Program-made: the position numbers and the translations under genes
Source: Escherichia coli
GTDB lineage: Bacteria; Pseudomonadota; Gammaproteobacteria; Enterobacterales; Enterobacteriaceae
Assembly: GCF_022846255.1 (NCBI RefSeq)
Contig: NZ_AP025682.1
Reading direction: 5' to 3' (one strand)
DNA length: 64,000 bases
Part shown: positions 31,978-41,677 of the stretch, one piece after another
Numbering within the stretch: the first letter of the stretch is position 1
Layout: each line of letters opens with the position of its first letter
The notes under the pieces: model-generated
The model's input: only the letters and a program-made list of their open reading frames with translations
Database searches by the model: none
Told to the model about the DNA's origin: nothing

Positions 31978-32335
31978 CATGTTAACAAGATATTTATTCA
32001 CCACTAAATAATTAGCTAGAACAATAAGAATAATTTTGGGCAGTAAAGACAGGATGTAAACTACACTTATTCCAGTATGTTGGTTATCGTAGTTATATAT
32101 GATGAGCTCTAAAGTCCGCTTCTCGCTCATAACAGACATTCACTACAGTTATAGTAGAAGGTATGCATGCTGAGTGGGGAAAGTGTGAAAGAAAAGAAGA
32201 CTGCTGCGTCGTTTGTCGTCACGTTTATCTTCATTGGTTATGCAAGTAGTAATACAAGATGGGACAAAACTGAGGCACACATAGCTTTGTACTGGATTGC
32301 TAGGCTTTGTGCTCTTCGATAGTGGTTAAGGTGGA

Positions 32336-33493
32336 TCACTCCACCTTTTCATCAATCCAGTCCGCCCACCATTGCATCATTTCTCTGCGTTTATCGAGAT
32401 ACTGAGCATGGTTGTAAATCCCACGCACAGATCCGCCGTTGGCATGTGCCAGTTGCACTTCAATAGCGTCAGCAGGCCATTCGTGCTCGTTCATAATTGT
32501 GCTGAATTCATGCCTGAATCCGTGACCGCTTTCCAGACCCTCATAGCCGATTTGTTTGATCACAAGCAATACCGCGTTCTCGCAGATTGGCTTCTTCTTA
32601 TCGTTGCGCCCGGCAAAAACAAACTCTGATACTGGTTTAGTGATGGAGCTTAGCGTAGTGAGAAGTTCAACCACCTGGTCTGACATAGGAACAACATGAA
32701 TCTTGCGGCCCTTCATCACACTGGCGTCGATAGTGATAATCCTGTTTTCAAAATCGACGTTCTTCCATTGCATGGAGCGAAGCTCTTTCGTTCTTAGGGC
32801 TGTGTAGCGTAAAACTTTGGTCGCAATGAGCGATATGATGCTTCCTGAAAATGTTGCCAGTGCTTTGTTGAATGCAGGGATCTGGTCTGCTGGGAGAAAC
32901 GGGAAGTTCTTCTTGCGGTATCCCTTCATGGCGTCAGCAAGGTCAGGTGCCGGGTTATATTTAGCCCTACCAGTGACAATAGCGTAACGGAAAACCTCGC
33001 CGCATCTTCTGCGGGCTTTGTTGGCTCGCTCCATTGCACCGCGATCTTCAAATCTGCGGATTACTTCCAGCAGTTGCATCGGCTCAATATCCTGAATTTC
33101 AAGGCCGCCGATGATAGGTAAAATGTCGTCATCAAACATTTTTGCAAGTTCAGTTGCATAGCCTACTGACCAGACTTGCTTCTTGTGCTCGTACCATTCC
33201 TTGTAAATCGCACTAAAGGAATTGTTGTTAGACGAAGCCTTTTTCGCTTTTACCGGATCGATGCCAACCGAGATGTCTTTCCTCGCGGTCCATGCTTTAT
33301 CTCTTGCCTCCTGCAAAGTCATTAGCGGATATTTTCCTACGGTCAGGATTTTCTCCTTACCGTCAATCTTGTAGCGAAGCTGCCATACCTTTTTCCCTGA
33401 CACAGGGACATAAAGGTACAGGCCATTACCATCGAGTAGGCGGTATGGTTTTTCTTTCGGCTTTGCTGCTTCAATCTGCTTAACGGTGAGCAT
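32336..33493 (-). CDS. intS: Tyrosine integrase IntS (KplE1/CPS-53 type, 385 aa)
   Basis: ATG 33493 gives MLTVKQIEAAKPKEKPYRLLDGNGLYLYVPVSGKKVWQLRYK.... Near-identical to my recollection of K-12 IntS; the C-terminal catalytic region has HGFRH and an RGIYNH tyrosine region. Confidence 0.95.
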   Translation of the reverse strand: MLTVKQIEAAKPKEKPYRLLDGNGLYLYVPVSGKKVWQLRYKIDGKEKILTVGKYPLMTLQEARDKAWTARKDISVGIDPVKAKKASSNNNSFSAIYKEWYEHKKQVWSVGYATELAKMFDDDILPIIGGLEIQDIEPMQLLEVIRRFEDRGAMERANKARRRCGEVFRYAIVTGRAKYNPAPDLADAMKGYRKKNFPFLPADQIPAFNKALATFSGSIISLIATKVLRYTALRTKELRSMQWKNVDFENRIITIDASVMKGRKIHVVPMSDQVVELLTTLSSITKPVSEFVFAGRNDKKKPICENAVLLVIKQIGYEGLESGHGFRHEFSTIMNEHEWPADAIEVQLAHANGGSVRGIYNHAQYLDKRREMMQWWADWIDEKVE

Positions 33494-33654
33494 GGGTAAA
33501 AATCCGGTGGGTAAAATTATTTTATCCACTTTTTACCCGTCATGGAGTGCGGCTGTCAACGATCTGACGCGAACCATTACGAACTGTGAATCTACGGAAG
33601 GCTTGATATTCAGGGGATTTTGCGGACTGGTACGGATGGGAGCGAACTGATAAA
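33494..33654. promoter_or_regulatory. attL arm and intS promoter region
   Basis: Lies between the intS start and the argW 3' end. GGGTAAAA occurs at 33494-33501 and 33509-16, with an inverted TTTTACCC at 33531-38; these are candidate recombinase/RDF binding repeats. Confidence 0.5.
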
Positions 33655-33729
33655 TGGTGTCCCCTGCAGGAATCGAACCTGCAATTAGCCCTTAGGAGGG
33701 GCTCGTTATATCCATTTAACTAAGAGGAC
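33655..33729 (-). tRNA. argW: tRNA-Arg (anticodon CCU)
   Basis: The reverse complement reads GTCCTCTTAGTTAAATGGATATAACGAGCCCCTCCTAAGGGCTAATTGCAGGTTCGATTCCTGCAGGGGACACCA: 75 nt, cloverleaf-compatible, CCA end. Confidence 0.95.
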
Positions 33730-33804
33730 AATGCGGCATGAGTATACCCGCTAATGGACTACGGAGTAAGTACACAGCCGCTCGATTGCTTAAACCCTCG
33801 CCAT

Positions 33805-34737
33805 TTATGCCGGGTTTTTATCATTTTTCTTAATGTTTTCCGCACGTTCTGCTTTTTGGCGTGCTTCTGCTTTGCGCTTGTTGCTCATGTCGTTACGAAT
33901 CTGTGCATGACTCATTAACGCGAAGATAAAGGTGCCGCCGCAGATGTTCCCCGCTAAAGTAGGTAGTGCGAAGGGCCAGATGAAATCGCTCCAGTGCAGC
34001 GTACCGTTAAACACCAGATAGAGGATTTCTACAGAACCGACAACGATGTGGGTGGTGTCACCCAGGGCAATAAGCCAGGTCATCAATATAATCACCACAA
34101 TCTTTGCCGCACCCGCTGCAGGAAACATCCATACCATAGTGGCGATCAGCCAGCCGGAAATGATCGCGTTGGCAAACATCTCGCTGGGGGTGTTCTTCAT
34201 CACATCCATGCCGATTTTGACAAATGCATCGCGAGTTTCTTCATTGAAGATTGGCATATATTCAAATGCCCACGCCGCAATACCTGTCCCGAGAATATTA
34301 CCCAGCAGCACGACGCCCCATAACCGCATAAGTAAGCCAACGTTGCTCATTGTCGGTTTTTGCATGACGGGTAGTACCGCAGTCACGGTGTTTTCGGTAA
34401 ATAATTGCTGGCGGGCCATAATGACGATAATAAAACCAAAGGTATAACCGAGATTCTCCAGCAAGAAGCTGCCCGGCACACCTTCCAGTTCGACATGAAA
34501 TATCCCTTTTGCCAGTAATGAAGCGCCCATCGACAGGCCCGCCGCAATGGCTGACCACAGTAGCGCCATTGCGTCGCGTTCCAGCTCTTTTTCACCATCC
34601 TGGCGGATATGCTCATGAATTGCCATCGCCCGGGAGGGGAGTCGGTCTTCATCTATTTCTATTTTTTTGCCGCGCTCTTTTTCTTCGCTCTCAACTTCAA
34701 TTTCGTCGCTGTGTTGATCAATTTTGTCGTTGTCCAT
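33805..34737 (-). CDS. yfdC: Inner-membrane protein YfdC (formate/nitrite transporter family, 310 aa)
   Basis: Full-length ORF; synteny argW-yfdC-mlaA as in K-12. Confidence 0.93.
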   Translation of the reverse strand: MDNDKIDQHSDEIEVESEEKERGKKIEIDEDRLPSRAMAIHEHIRQDGEKELERDAMALLWSAIAAGLSMGASLLAKGIFHVELEGVPGSFLLENLGYTFGFIIVIMARQQLFTENTVTAVLPVMQKPTMSNVGLLMRLWGVVLLGNILGTGIAAWAFEYMPIFNEETRDAFVKIGMDVMKNTPSEMFANAIISGWLIATMVWMFPAAGAAKIVVIILMTWLIALGDTTHIVVGSVEILYLVFNGTLHWSDFIWPFALPTLAGNICGGTFIFALMSHAQIRNDMSNKRKAEARQKAERAENIKKNDKNPA

Positions 34738-35030
34738 GGTCTCTTCTCTTGAATTAGCACGTATAGCTAAAGCGTAGCGGCTTTTTTGCTCGCAACTGGC
34801 GGGAGTTACTCTGAAAATGTAGAAAAGGCCGCGTTTGCCTTTTTCTGTTTCTATAGAATCAAGTAGCCTACAGGGCGGCGATTACCAGGCTATGATCAAA
34901 TCAGCAAATCAGGGCGTCTGGACATCAGTTGACGTGCTGTTACAATCGCCCACACCTAAACAGGCGGATACGGTATCGTTCCGTCATGGATGGCAAACTG
35001 CATAAGCCATAAAAAAACAGGGAGACATTT

Positions 35031-35786
35031 ATGAAGCTTCGCCTGTCGGCGCTTGCTCTGGGAACTACGCTTCTGGTGGGGTGTGCGAGTTCCGGTACAG
35101 ATCAGCAAGGGCGTTCTGACCCGTTAGAAGGGTTTAACCGCACTATGTACAACTTCAACTTCAATGTATTAGACCCGTATATTGTTCGACCGGTCGCTGT
35201 CGCCTGGCGTGATTATGTTCCGCAACCTGCGCGTAACGGTTTGAGCAACTTTACCGGCAACCTTGAAGAACCTGCGGTGATGGTTAACTACTTCTTGCAG
35301 GGCGACCCTTATCAGGGGATGGTCCACTTTACCCGCTTTTTCCTGAATACCATTTTGGGAATGGGCGGCTTTATTGATGTTGCAGGGATGGCGAACCCGA
35401 AACTGCAACGGACTGAACCTCACCGCTTCGGTAGTACGCTTGGTCATTATGGTGTGGGTTATGGGCCGTACGTTCAGTTACCGTTCTACGGTAGCTTCAC
35501 GCTGCGTGATGACGGTGGTGATATGGCGGATGGTCTTTACCCGGTTCTTTCCTGGCTGACCTGGCCGATGTCTGTGGGTAAATGGACGCTTGAAGGGATA
35601 GAAACTCGTGCGCAGTTGTTGGATTCCGACGGTCTGCTGCGTCAGTCCTCCGATCCTTATATTATGGTGCGTGAAGCGTACTTCCAGCGTCATGATTTCA
35701 TCGCTAATGGCGGTGAACTCAAACCGCAGGAAAATCCGAACGCGCAAGCGATTCAGGATGATTTAAAAGATATCGATTCTGAATAA
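35031..35786 (+). CDS. mlaA: Outer-membrane lipoprotein MlaA/VacJ (251 aa)
   Basis: Lipobox LLVGCASS; VacJ-family sequence. Confidence 0.95.
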   Translation: MKLRLSALALGTTLLVGCASSGTDQQGRSDPLEGFNRTMYNFNFNVLDPYIVRPVAVAWRDYVPQPARNGLSNFTGNLEEPAVMVNYFLQGDPYQGMVHFTRFFLNTILGMGGFIDVAGMANPKLQRTEPHRFGSTLGHYGVGYGPYVQLPFYGSFTLRDDGGDMADGLYPVLSWLTWPMSVGKWTLEGIETRAQLLDSDGLLRQSSDPYIMVREAYFQRHDFIANGGELKPQENPNAQAIQDDLKDIDSE

Positions 35787-35791
35787 GAAAC

Positions 35792-35823
35792 AAAAAAGGT
35801 GAGTCGCAAAACTCACCTTTTTT
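35792..35823. terminator. Bidirectional terminator between convergent mlaA and fadL
   Basis: AAAAAA-GGTGAGT-CGCAAA-ACTCACC-TTTTTT. Confidence 0.8.
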
Positions 35824-35843
35824 CTTATTAAGCTAACGCGTTA

Positions 35844-37184
35844 TCAGAACGCGTAGTTAAAGTTAGTACCGAACAGCCAGGCTTTACCTTCAGACTCGAA
35901 CTGATATGGGCCTTCGTTAATTTTCACGCTCTGACCGTGCATATAAGAAACACCAACGTCGACTGAAGCGTCTTTATTAAATGCGTAAGTCGTACCTGCA
36001 CTCAGCCAGAAACGGTCCTGGTCCGGAATGGAGATAGAACGATTCTGTGCCGGAACTGGGCTGTCATCAAAGGCGATACCGGTACGGAAGGTCCAGTTAT
36101 CATCGTAGTAATAAGTGGTACCCAACGCGATGCGGTAAGCATCTTTAAAGCCTTCATGTTTCTGGAACAGCGTGTCGCCACTCGTTGAGGTCGCTTTCAG
36201 CTGCTGGAACTGACTCCAGCTGGTGTAAGCCAGGCTATAGTGAATTGCCCACTGCGGAGCAACACGGTTATAACCCGACACTTCCCACATTTCAGGCAGG
36301 TTCAGCGTCAGATAACCTGACTGCGTTGCGCCACCTGTCGCGGTAGGAATTGGCAAACCGTAGTTATTAAAAGCCGGGTTAAGATCGCTGCTGTAGTTAC
36401 CCTTGAAGTCAATTTTCACTTCAGAGCGGTAGGTCAATGCGTAGCGGTTGTTTTTATCCAGTTCATACAGGATACCGGCGTTCCAGCCAAAGCCCCACTG
36501 GTTACCGTTCAGGTGAGCGATTTTGGTATTACTGTCGATGCCGTTGGCGGTAGCTGCTAATGCTTGCCCCTGAGGAGTCAGCCAAGCAGGAGATTGCCTA
36601 ATCTGACCAGCCACCAGTTGCCCCAGATCGCCTGCGAAACGTTCAATTTTCGCGCGAGCGTAGACGGCGTTGAAACCAAGACCAAAGCTCCATGCATTAT
36701 TTAAGCGATATGCACCGCTTAAGTTCAGGTTCATGGTTTCGAGGTCGGTGGTACCACCGACAGAACCGCCTGCATAAGTATCGTTAAACTCTGTCGCCAG
36801 ACCATAGTTAGAGGTAATTGAAGCCCCCCAACCAAATTGGTCGTTAATCGGTGCAACAAAGTGCATGTTCGGAACCCATGCCGTAGGCGCGATGTTATCG
36901 GCTTTCAGGCTACGACCAGACGGAGACGTTCCGCTGATATTTACATCCGGATCAATATAAACCGCACCCGCAGAAAATGTCGGGCGGTCAAACATGGTAA
37001 TCAATGCGGGGTTACGGCTAACGTTACCTGCATCATCGGCAATTGCACCTTCCCCTGAATAAGCCCGGCCCAGGCCAGAGGAAGAAAATTCGTTTAACTG
37101 AAAGCCTGCCGACCAGGCCTGGGTGGAGATAAGTGCCACTGCGACTGCGAGAGCAGACTTTGTAAACAGGGTTTTCTGGCTCAT
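35844..37184 (-). CDS. fadL: Long-chain fatty acid outer-membrane transporter FadL (446 aa)
   Basis: [37 protein letters not shown]... ending ...[10 protein letters not shown]. Confidence 0.96.
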   Translation of the reverse strand: MSQKTLFTKSALAVAVALISTQAWSAGFQLNEFSSSGLGRAYSGEGAIADDAGNVSRNPALITMFDRPTFSAGAVYIDPDVNISGTSPSGRSLKADNIAPTAWVPNMHFVAPINDQFGWGASITSNYGLATEFNDTYAGGSVGGTTDLETMNLNLSGAYRLNNAWSFGLGFNAVYARAKIERFAGDLGQLVAGQIRQSPAWLTPQGQALAATANGIDSNTKIAHLNGNQWGFGWNAGILYELDKNNRYALTYRSEVKIDFKGNYSSDLNPAFNNYGLPIPTATGGATQSGYLTLNLPEMWEVSGYNRVAPQWAIHYSLAYTSWSQFQQLKATSTSGDTLFQKHEGFKDAYRIALGTTYYYDDNWTFRTGIAFDDSPVPAQNRSISIPDQDRFWLSAGTTYAFNKDASVDVGVSYMHGQSVKINEGPYQFESEGKAWLFGTNFNYAF

Positions 37185-37267
37185 GACCATAACCTCAATG
37201 ATTTATTTTTATACAAACTATGTTACGTGCTGTAACAGGAGCGCGAAGTGTAGGGTCTGAGGTACAT

Positions 37268-37310
37268 CTTAGAAATCAGACCAGTGGCGAGAGTATAGGT
37301 CGGACCAGCT
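37268..37310 (-). promoter_or_regulatory. Two FadR operators in the fadL promoter
   Basis: The minus strand reads AGCTGGTCCGACCTATACT (37310-37292) and CACTGGTCTGATTTCTAAG (37286-37268), matching the published fadL FadR sites as I recall them. Confidence 0.8.
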
Positions 37311-37555
37311 GGAATGTTGCAAGTATGTTTCTATTTTTTTTCAGATATGATCTAAGAAACGCGATCCAGCTGGCAAAATTGGGAGGTGGCGCACTCATGG
37401 ATTCGGGTGAATTTTGTTTTAGATCATTTTTAAGTGTGATTTCGGTCACTTATCCGATTTTGCAGAATTAACAACTGGAGCAGCACTTTCCGGAAGCGTA
37501 AAATATCCACAACGTTTATCTGGCACCTTGGGTGCACATACAGAGGAAATCAACG

Positions 37556-37840
37556 ATGAGTAAATGTAGTGCTGATGAAACCCCGGTTTGCTGCTGTATG
37601 GATGTTGGCACCATTATGGACAACTCCGACTGCACCGCGTCTTACAGCCGTGTGTTTGCAAACCGCGCAGAAGCAGAACAAACGCTGGCGGCGCTGACTG
37701 AAAAAGCCCGTAGCGTGGAATCCGAACCGTGCAAAATCACCCCGACTTTCACTGAAGAGTCTGACGGTGTGCGCCTGGATATCGATTTCACTTTTGCCTG
37801 CGAAGCTGAAATGTTGATCTTCCAGCTGGGTCTGCGTTAA
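37556..37840 (+). CDS. yfcZ: UPF0381 protein YfcZ (94 aa)
   Basis: MSKCSADETPVCCCMDVGTIMDNSDCTASYSRVF... Confidence 0.93.
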   Translation: MSKCSADETPVCCCMDVGTIMDNSDCTASYSRVFANRAEAEQTLAALTEKARSVESEPCKITPTFTEESDGVRLDIDFTFACEAEMLIFQLGLR

Positions 37841-37976
37841 TTCCTCTCGGGTATATACGCCCCTGTCAGTTCCTGGCGGGGGCGTTTTATTTTCTCTTCT
37901 ACTTTTCTCTCTGTGTCATAGCTCCCACTTTCCCTTTTCTCCACTTGGCTAAATGTAAAAAAATGGTTAAGACTAT

Positions 37977-37993
37977 GATCAGGTCAGACCACT
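37977..37993 (+). promoter_or_regulatory. FadR operator upstream of fadIJ
   Basis: GATCAGGTCAGACCACT fits the FadR consensus (nnCTGGTCnGACnnnTT-like). Confidence 0.6.
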
Positions 37994-38020
37994 TTATTTA
38001 TTATTTTACAGGGGAGTGTT

Positions 38021-39331
38021 ATGGGTCAGGTTTTACCGCTGGTTACCCGCCAGGGCGATCGTATCGCCATTGTTAGCGGTTTACGTACGCCTTTTGCCCG
38101 ACAGGCGACGGCTTTTCATGGCATTCCCGCGGTTGATTTAGGGAAGATGGTGGTAGGCGAACTGCTGGCACGCACCGAGATCCCCGCTGAAGTGATTGAA
38201 CAACTGGTCTTCGGTCAGGTCGTTCAGATGCCTGAAGCCCCCAACATTGCGCGTGAAATTGTTCTCGGTACTGGAATGAATGTGCATACCGATGCTTACA
38301 GCGTTAGCCGCGCTTGCGCTACCAGTTTCCAGGCGGTTGCAAACGTCGCAGAAAGCCTGATGGCGGGAACTATTCGAGCGGGGATTGCCGGTGGGGCAGA
38401 TTCCTCTTCCGTATTGCCAATTGGCGTCAGTAAAAAACTGGCGCGCGTACTGGTTGATGTCAACAAAGCCCGCACAATGAGCCAGCGCCTGAAACTTTTT
38501 TCTCGCTTACGTTTGCGTGACTTAATGCCGGTGCCTCCGGCAGTGGCGGAATACTCCACTGGATTACGGATGGGGGACACCGCAGAGCAAATGGCGAAAA
38601 CCTACGGCATCACCCGAGAACAGCAAGATGCACTGGCGCACCGTTCGCATCAGCGTGCCGCTCAGGCGTGGTCAGAAGGTAAACTCAAAGAAGAGGTGAT
38701 GACTGCCTTTATCCCCCCTTATAAACAACCGCTTGTCGAAGACAACAATATTCGCGGTAATTCCTCTCTTGCTGATTACGCAAAGCTGCGCCCGGCGTTT
38801 GATCGTAAACACGGGACGGTAACGGCGGCGAACAGTACGCCGCTGACCGATGGCGCGGCAGCGGTGATCCTGATGACTGAATCCCGGGCGAAAGAATTAG
38901 GGCTGGTACCGCTGGGGTATCTGCGCAGCTACGCATTTACTGCGATAGATGTCTGGCAGGACATGTTGCTCGGTCCAGCCTGGTCAACACCGCTGGCGCT
39001 GGAACGTGCCGGATTGACGATGGGCGATCTGACATTGATCGATATGCACGAAGCCTTTGCCGCCCAGACGCTGGCCAATATTCAGTTGCTGGGTAGCGAA
39101 CGTTTTGCTCGCGACGTACTGGGGCGTGCACATGCCACTGGCGAAGTGGACGAGAGCAAATTTAACGTGCTTGGCGGTTCGATTGCTTATGGGCATCCCT
39201 TCGCAGCGACCGGCGCGCGGATGATTACCCAGACATTGCATGAACTTCGCCGTCGTGGCGGTGGATTTGGTTTAGTGACCGCCTGTGCTGCGGGTGGGCT
39301 TGGCGCAGCAATGGTTCTGGAGGCGGAATAA
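38021..39331 (+). CDS. fadI: 3-ketoacyl-CoA thiolase FadI (436 aa)
   Basis: Thiolase family with active-site Cys contexts (SRACATS, ACAAGG). Confidence 0.96.
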
Positions 39332-41475
39332 TGGAAATGGCATCAGCGTTTACTCTTAATGTTCGTCTGGACAACATTGCTATCATCACCATCGACGTAC
39401 CGGGTGAGAAAATGAATACCCTGAAGGCGGAATTTGCCTCGCAGGTACGCGCCATTATTAAGCAACTCCGTGAAAACAAAGAGTTGCGTGGCGTGGTGTT
39501 TGTCTCCGCGAAACCAGACAACTTCATTGCTGGCGCAGACATCAACATGATCGGCAACTGCAAAACGGCGCAAGAAGCGGAAGTACTGGCGCGGCAGGGG
39601 CAACAGTTAATGGCGGAGATTCATGCTTTGCCCATTCCGGTTATCGCGGCTATTCATGGCGCTTGCCTGGGCGGCGGGCTGGAGTTGGCGCTGGCGTGCC
39701 ACGGTCGCGTGTGTACTGACGATCCTAAAACGGTGCTCGGTTTGCCTGAAGTACAACTTGGATTGTTACCCGGTTCAGGCGGTACCCAGCGTTTACCGCG
39801 TCTGATAGGTGTCAGCACAGCATTAGAGATGATCCTCACTGGAAAACAACTTCGGGCGAAACAGGCGGTAAAGCTGGGGTTGGTGGATGACGTCGTTCCG
39901 CACTCCATATTGCTGGAAGCCGCTGTTGAGCTGGCAAAGCAGGATCGCCCATCTTCACGCCCTCTACCTGTTCGCGAGCGTATTCTGGCGGGGCCGTTAG
40001 GTCGTGCGCTGCTGTTCAAAATGGTCGGCAAGAAAACAGAACACAAAACGCAAGGTAACTATCCGGCGACAGAACGCATCCTGGAGGTTGTCGAAACGGG
40101 ATTAGCGCAGGGCACCAGCAGCGGCTATGACGCTGAAGCACGGGCGTTTGGCGAACTGGCGATGACGCCGCAATCGCAGGCGCTGCGCAATATCTTTTTT
40201 GCCAGTACGGAAGTGAAAAAAGATCCCGGCAGTGATGCGCCGCCTGCGCCATTAAACAGCGTGGGGATTTTAGGTGGTGGCTTGATGGGCGGCGGTATTG
40301 CTTATGTCACTGCTTGTAAAGCGGGGCTTCCGGTCAGAATTAAAGATATCAACCCGCGGGGCATAAATCATGCGCTGAAGTACAGTTGGGATCAGCTTGA
40401 GGGCAAAGTTCGCCGTCGTCATCTCAAAGCCAGCGAACGTGACAAACAGCTGGCATTAATCTCCGGAACGACGGACTATTGCGGCTTTGCCCATCGAGAT
40501 CTGATTATTGAAGCGGTGTTTGAAAATCTCGAATTAAAACAACAGATGGTGGCGGAAGTGGAGCAAAATTGCGCTACTCATACCATCTTTGCTTCGAACA
40601 CGTCATCTTTACCGATTGGCGATATCGCCGCTCACGCCGCGCGACCTGAGCAAGTTATTGGCCTGCATTTCTTCAGTCCGGTGGAAAAAATGCCGCTGGT
40701 GGAGATTATTCCTCATGCGAGTACATCGGCGCAAACCATCGCCACCACGGTAAAACTGGCGAAAAAACAGGGCAAAACGCCAATTGTCGTGCGTGACAAA
40801 GCCGGGTTTTACGTCAATCGCATCTTAGCGCCTTACATCAATGAAGCTATCCGCATGTTGACCGAAGGCGAGCGTATTGAGCATATCGATGCCGCGCTGG
40901 TGAAATTTGGTTTTCCGGTAGGCCCAATCCAACTTTTGGATGAGGTAGGAATCGACACCGGGACTAAAATTATTCCTGTACTGGAAGCCGCTTATGGAGA
41001 ACGTTTTAGCGCGCCTGCAAATGTTGTTTCTTCAATTTTGAACGACGATCGCAAAGGCAGAAAAAATGGCCGGGGTTTCTATCTTTATGGTCAGAAAGGG
41101 CGTAAAAGCAAAAAACAGGTCGATCCCGCCATTTACCCGCTCATTGGCGCACAAGGGCAGGGGCGACTCTCCGCACCGCAGGTTGCTGAACGGTGTGTGA
41201 TGTTGATGCTGAATGAAGCTGTACGTTGTCTGGACGAGCAGGTTATCCGTAGCGTGCGTGACGGGGATATTGGCGCGGTATTTGGCATTGGTTTTCCGCC
41301 ATTTCTCGGTGGTCCGTTCCGCTACATCGATTCTCTCGGTGCGGGTGAAGTGGTTGCAATAATGCAACGACTGGCCACGCAGTATGGTTCCCGTTTTACC
41401 CCTTGCGATCGTTTAGTTGAGATGAGCGAGCGTGGGGAAAGTTTTTGGAAAACAACTGCAACTGACCTGCAATAA
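39331..41475 (+). CDS. fadJ: Fatty-acid oxidation complex alpha subunit FadJ (714 aa)
   Basis: Enoyl-CoA hydratase domain plus 3-hydroxyacyl-CoA dehydrogenase domain ([13 protein letters not shown] motif). Confidence 0.96.
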   Translation: MEMASAFTLNVRLDNIAIITIDVPGEKMNTLKAEFASQVRAIIKQLRENKELRGVVFVSAKPDNFIAGADINMIGNCKTAQEAEVLARQGQQLMAEIHALPIPVIAAIHGACLGGGLELALACHGRVCTDDPKTVLGLPEVQLGLLPGSGGTQRLPRLIGVSTALEMILTGKQLRAKQAVKLGLVDDVVPHSILLEAAVELAKQDRPSSRPLPVRERILAGPLGRALLFKMVGKKTEHKTQGNYPATERILEVVETGLAQGTSSGYDAEARAFGELAMTPQSQALRNIFFASTEVKKDPGSDAPPAPLNSVGILGGGLMGGGIAYVTACKAGLPVRIKDINPRGINHALKYSWDQLEGKVRRRHLKASERDKQLALISGTTDYCGFAHRDLIIEAVFENLELKQQMVAEVEQNCATHTIFASNTSSLPIGDIAAHAARPEQVIGLHFFSPVEKMPLVEIIPHASTSAQTIATTVKLAKKQGKTPIVVRDKAGFYVNRILAPYINEAIRMLTEGERIEHIDAALVKFGFPVGPIQLLDEVGIDTGTKIIPVLEAAYGERFSAPANVVSSILNDDRKGRKNGRGFYLYGQKGRKSKKQVDPAIYPLIGAQGQGRLSAPQVAERCVMLMLNEAVRCLDEQVIRSVRDGDIGAVFGIGFPPFLGGPFRYIDSLGAGEVVAIMQRLATQYGSRFTPCDRLVEMSERGESFWKTTATDLQ

Positions 41476-41677
41476 GAAGGTCAAAGTTATATGAATCCGC
41501 GCTGAATGGCGGAGTGTTGCTCAAAATGTAAACTCATATTGACTATACTTACGCCATTGAGGTAAAAAACAGCGTTTCATTCGGTGAATGGATAAGGCAC
41601 AATGCCGGCCACCGTTTTCTTTCTCTGGTTTCAGATGAAAGAAAACGGGCGAATCTGGTTAACAAAAGCGGTGCAAT

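Noticed and set aside
32167-32322. 51-aa ORF with a GAAGG SD and a hydrophobic stretch (MLSGESVKEKKTAASFVVTFIFIGYASS...) between the cargo gene and intS
   Set aside because: It lies in the segment homologous to lambda b-region DNA. In lambda, as I recall it, an ORF is open over the first half only via a different start, and the second half is in a different frame. The conservation is therefore at nucleotide level (non-coding or structural), not protein level.
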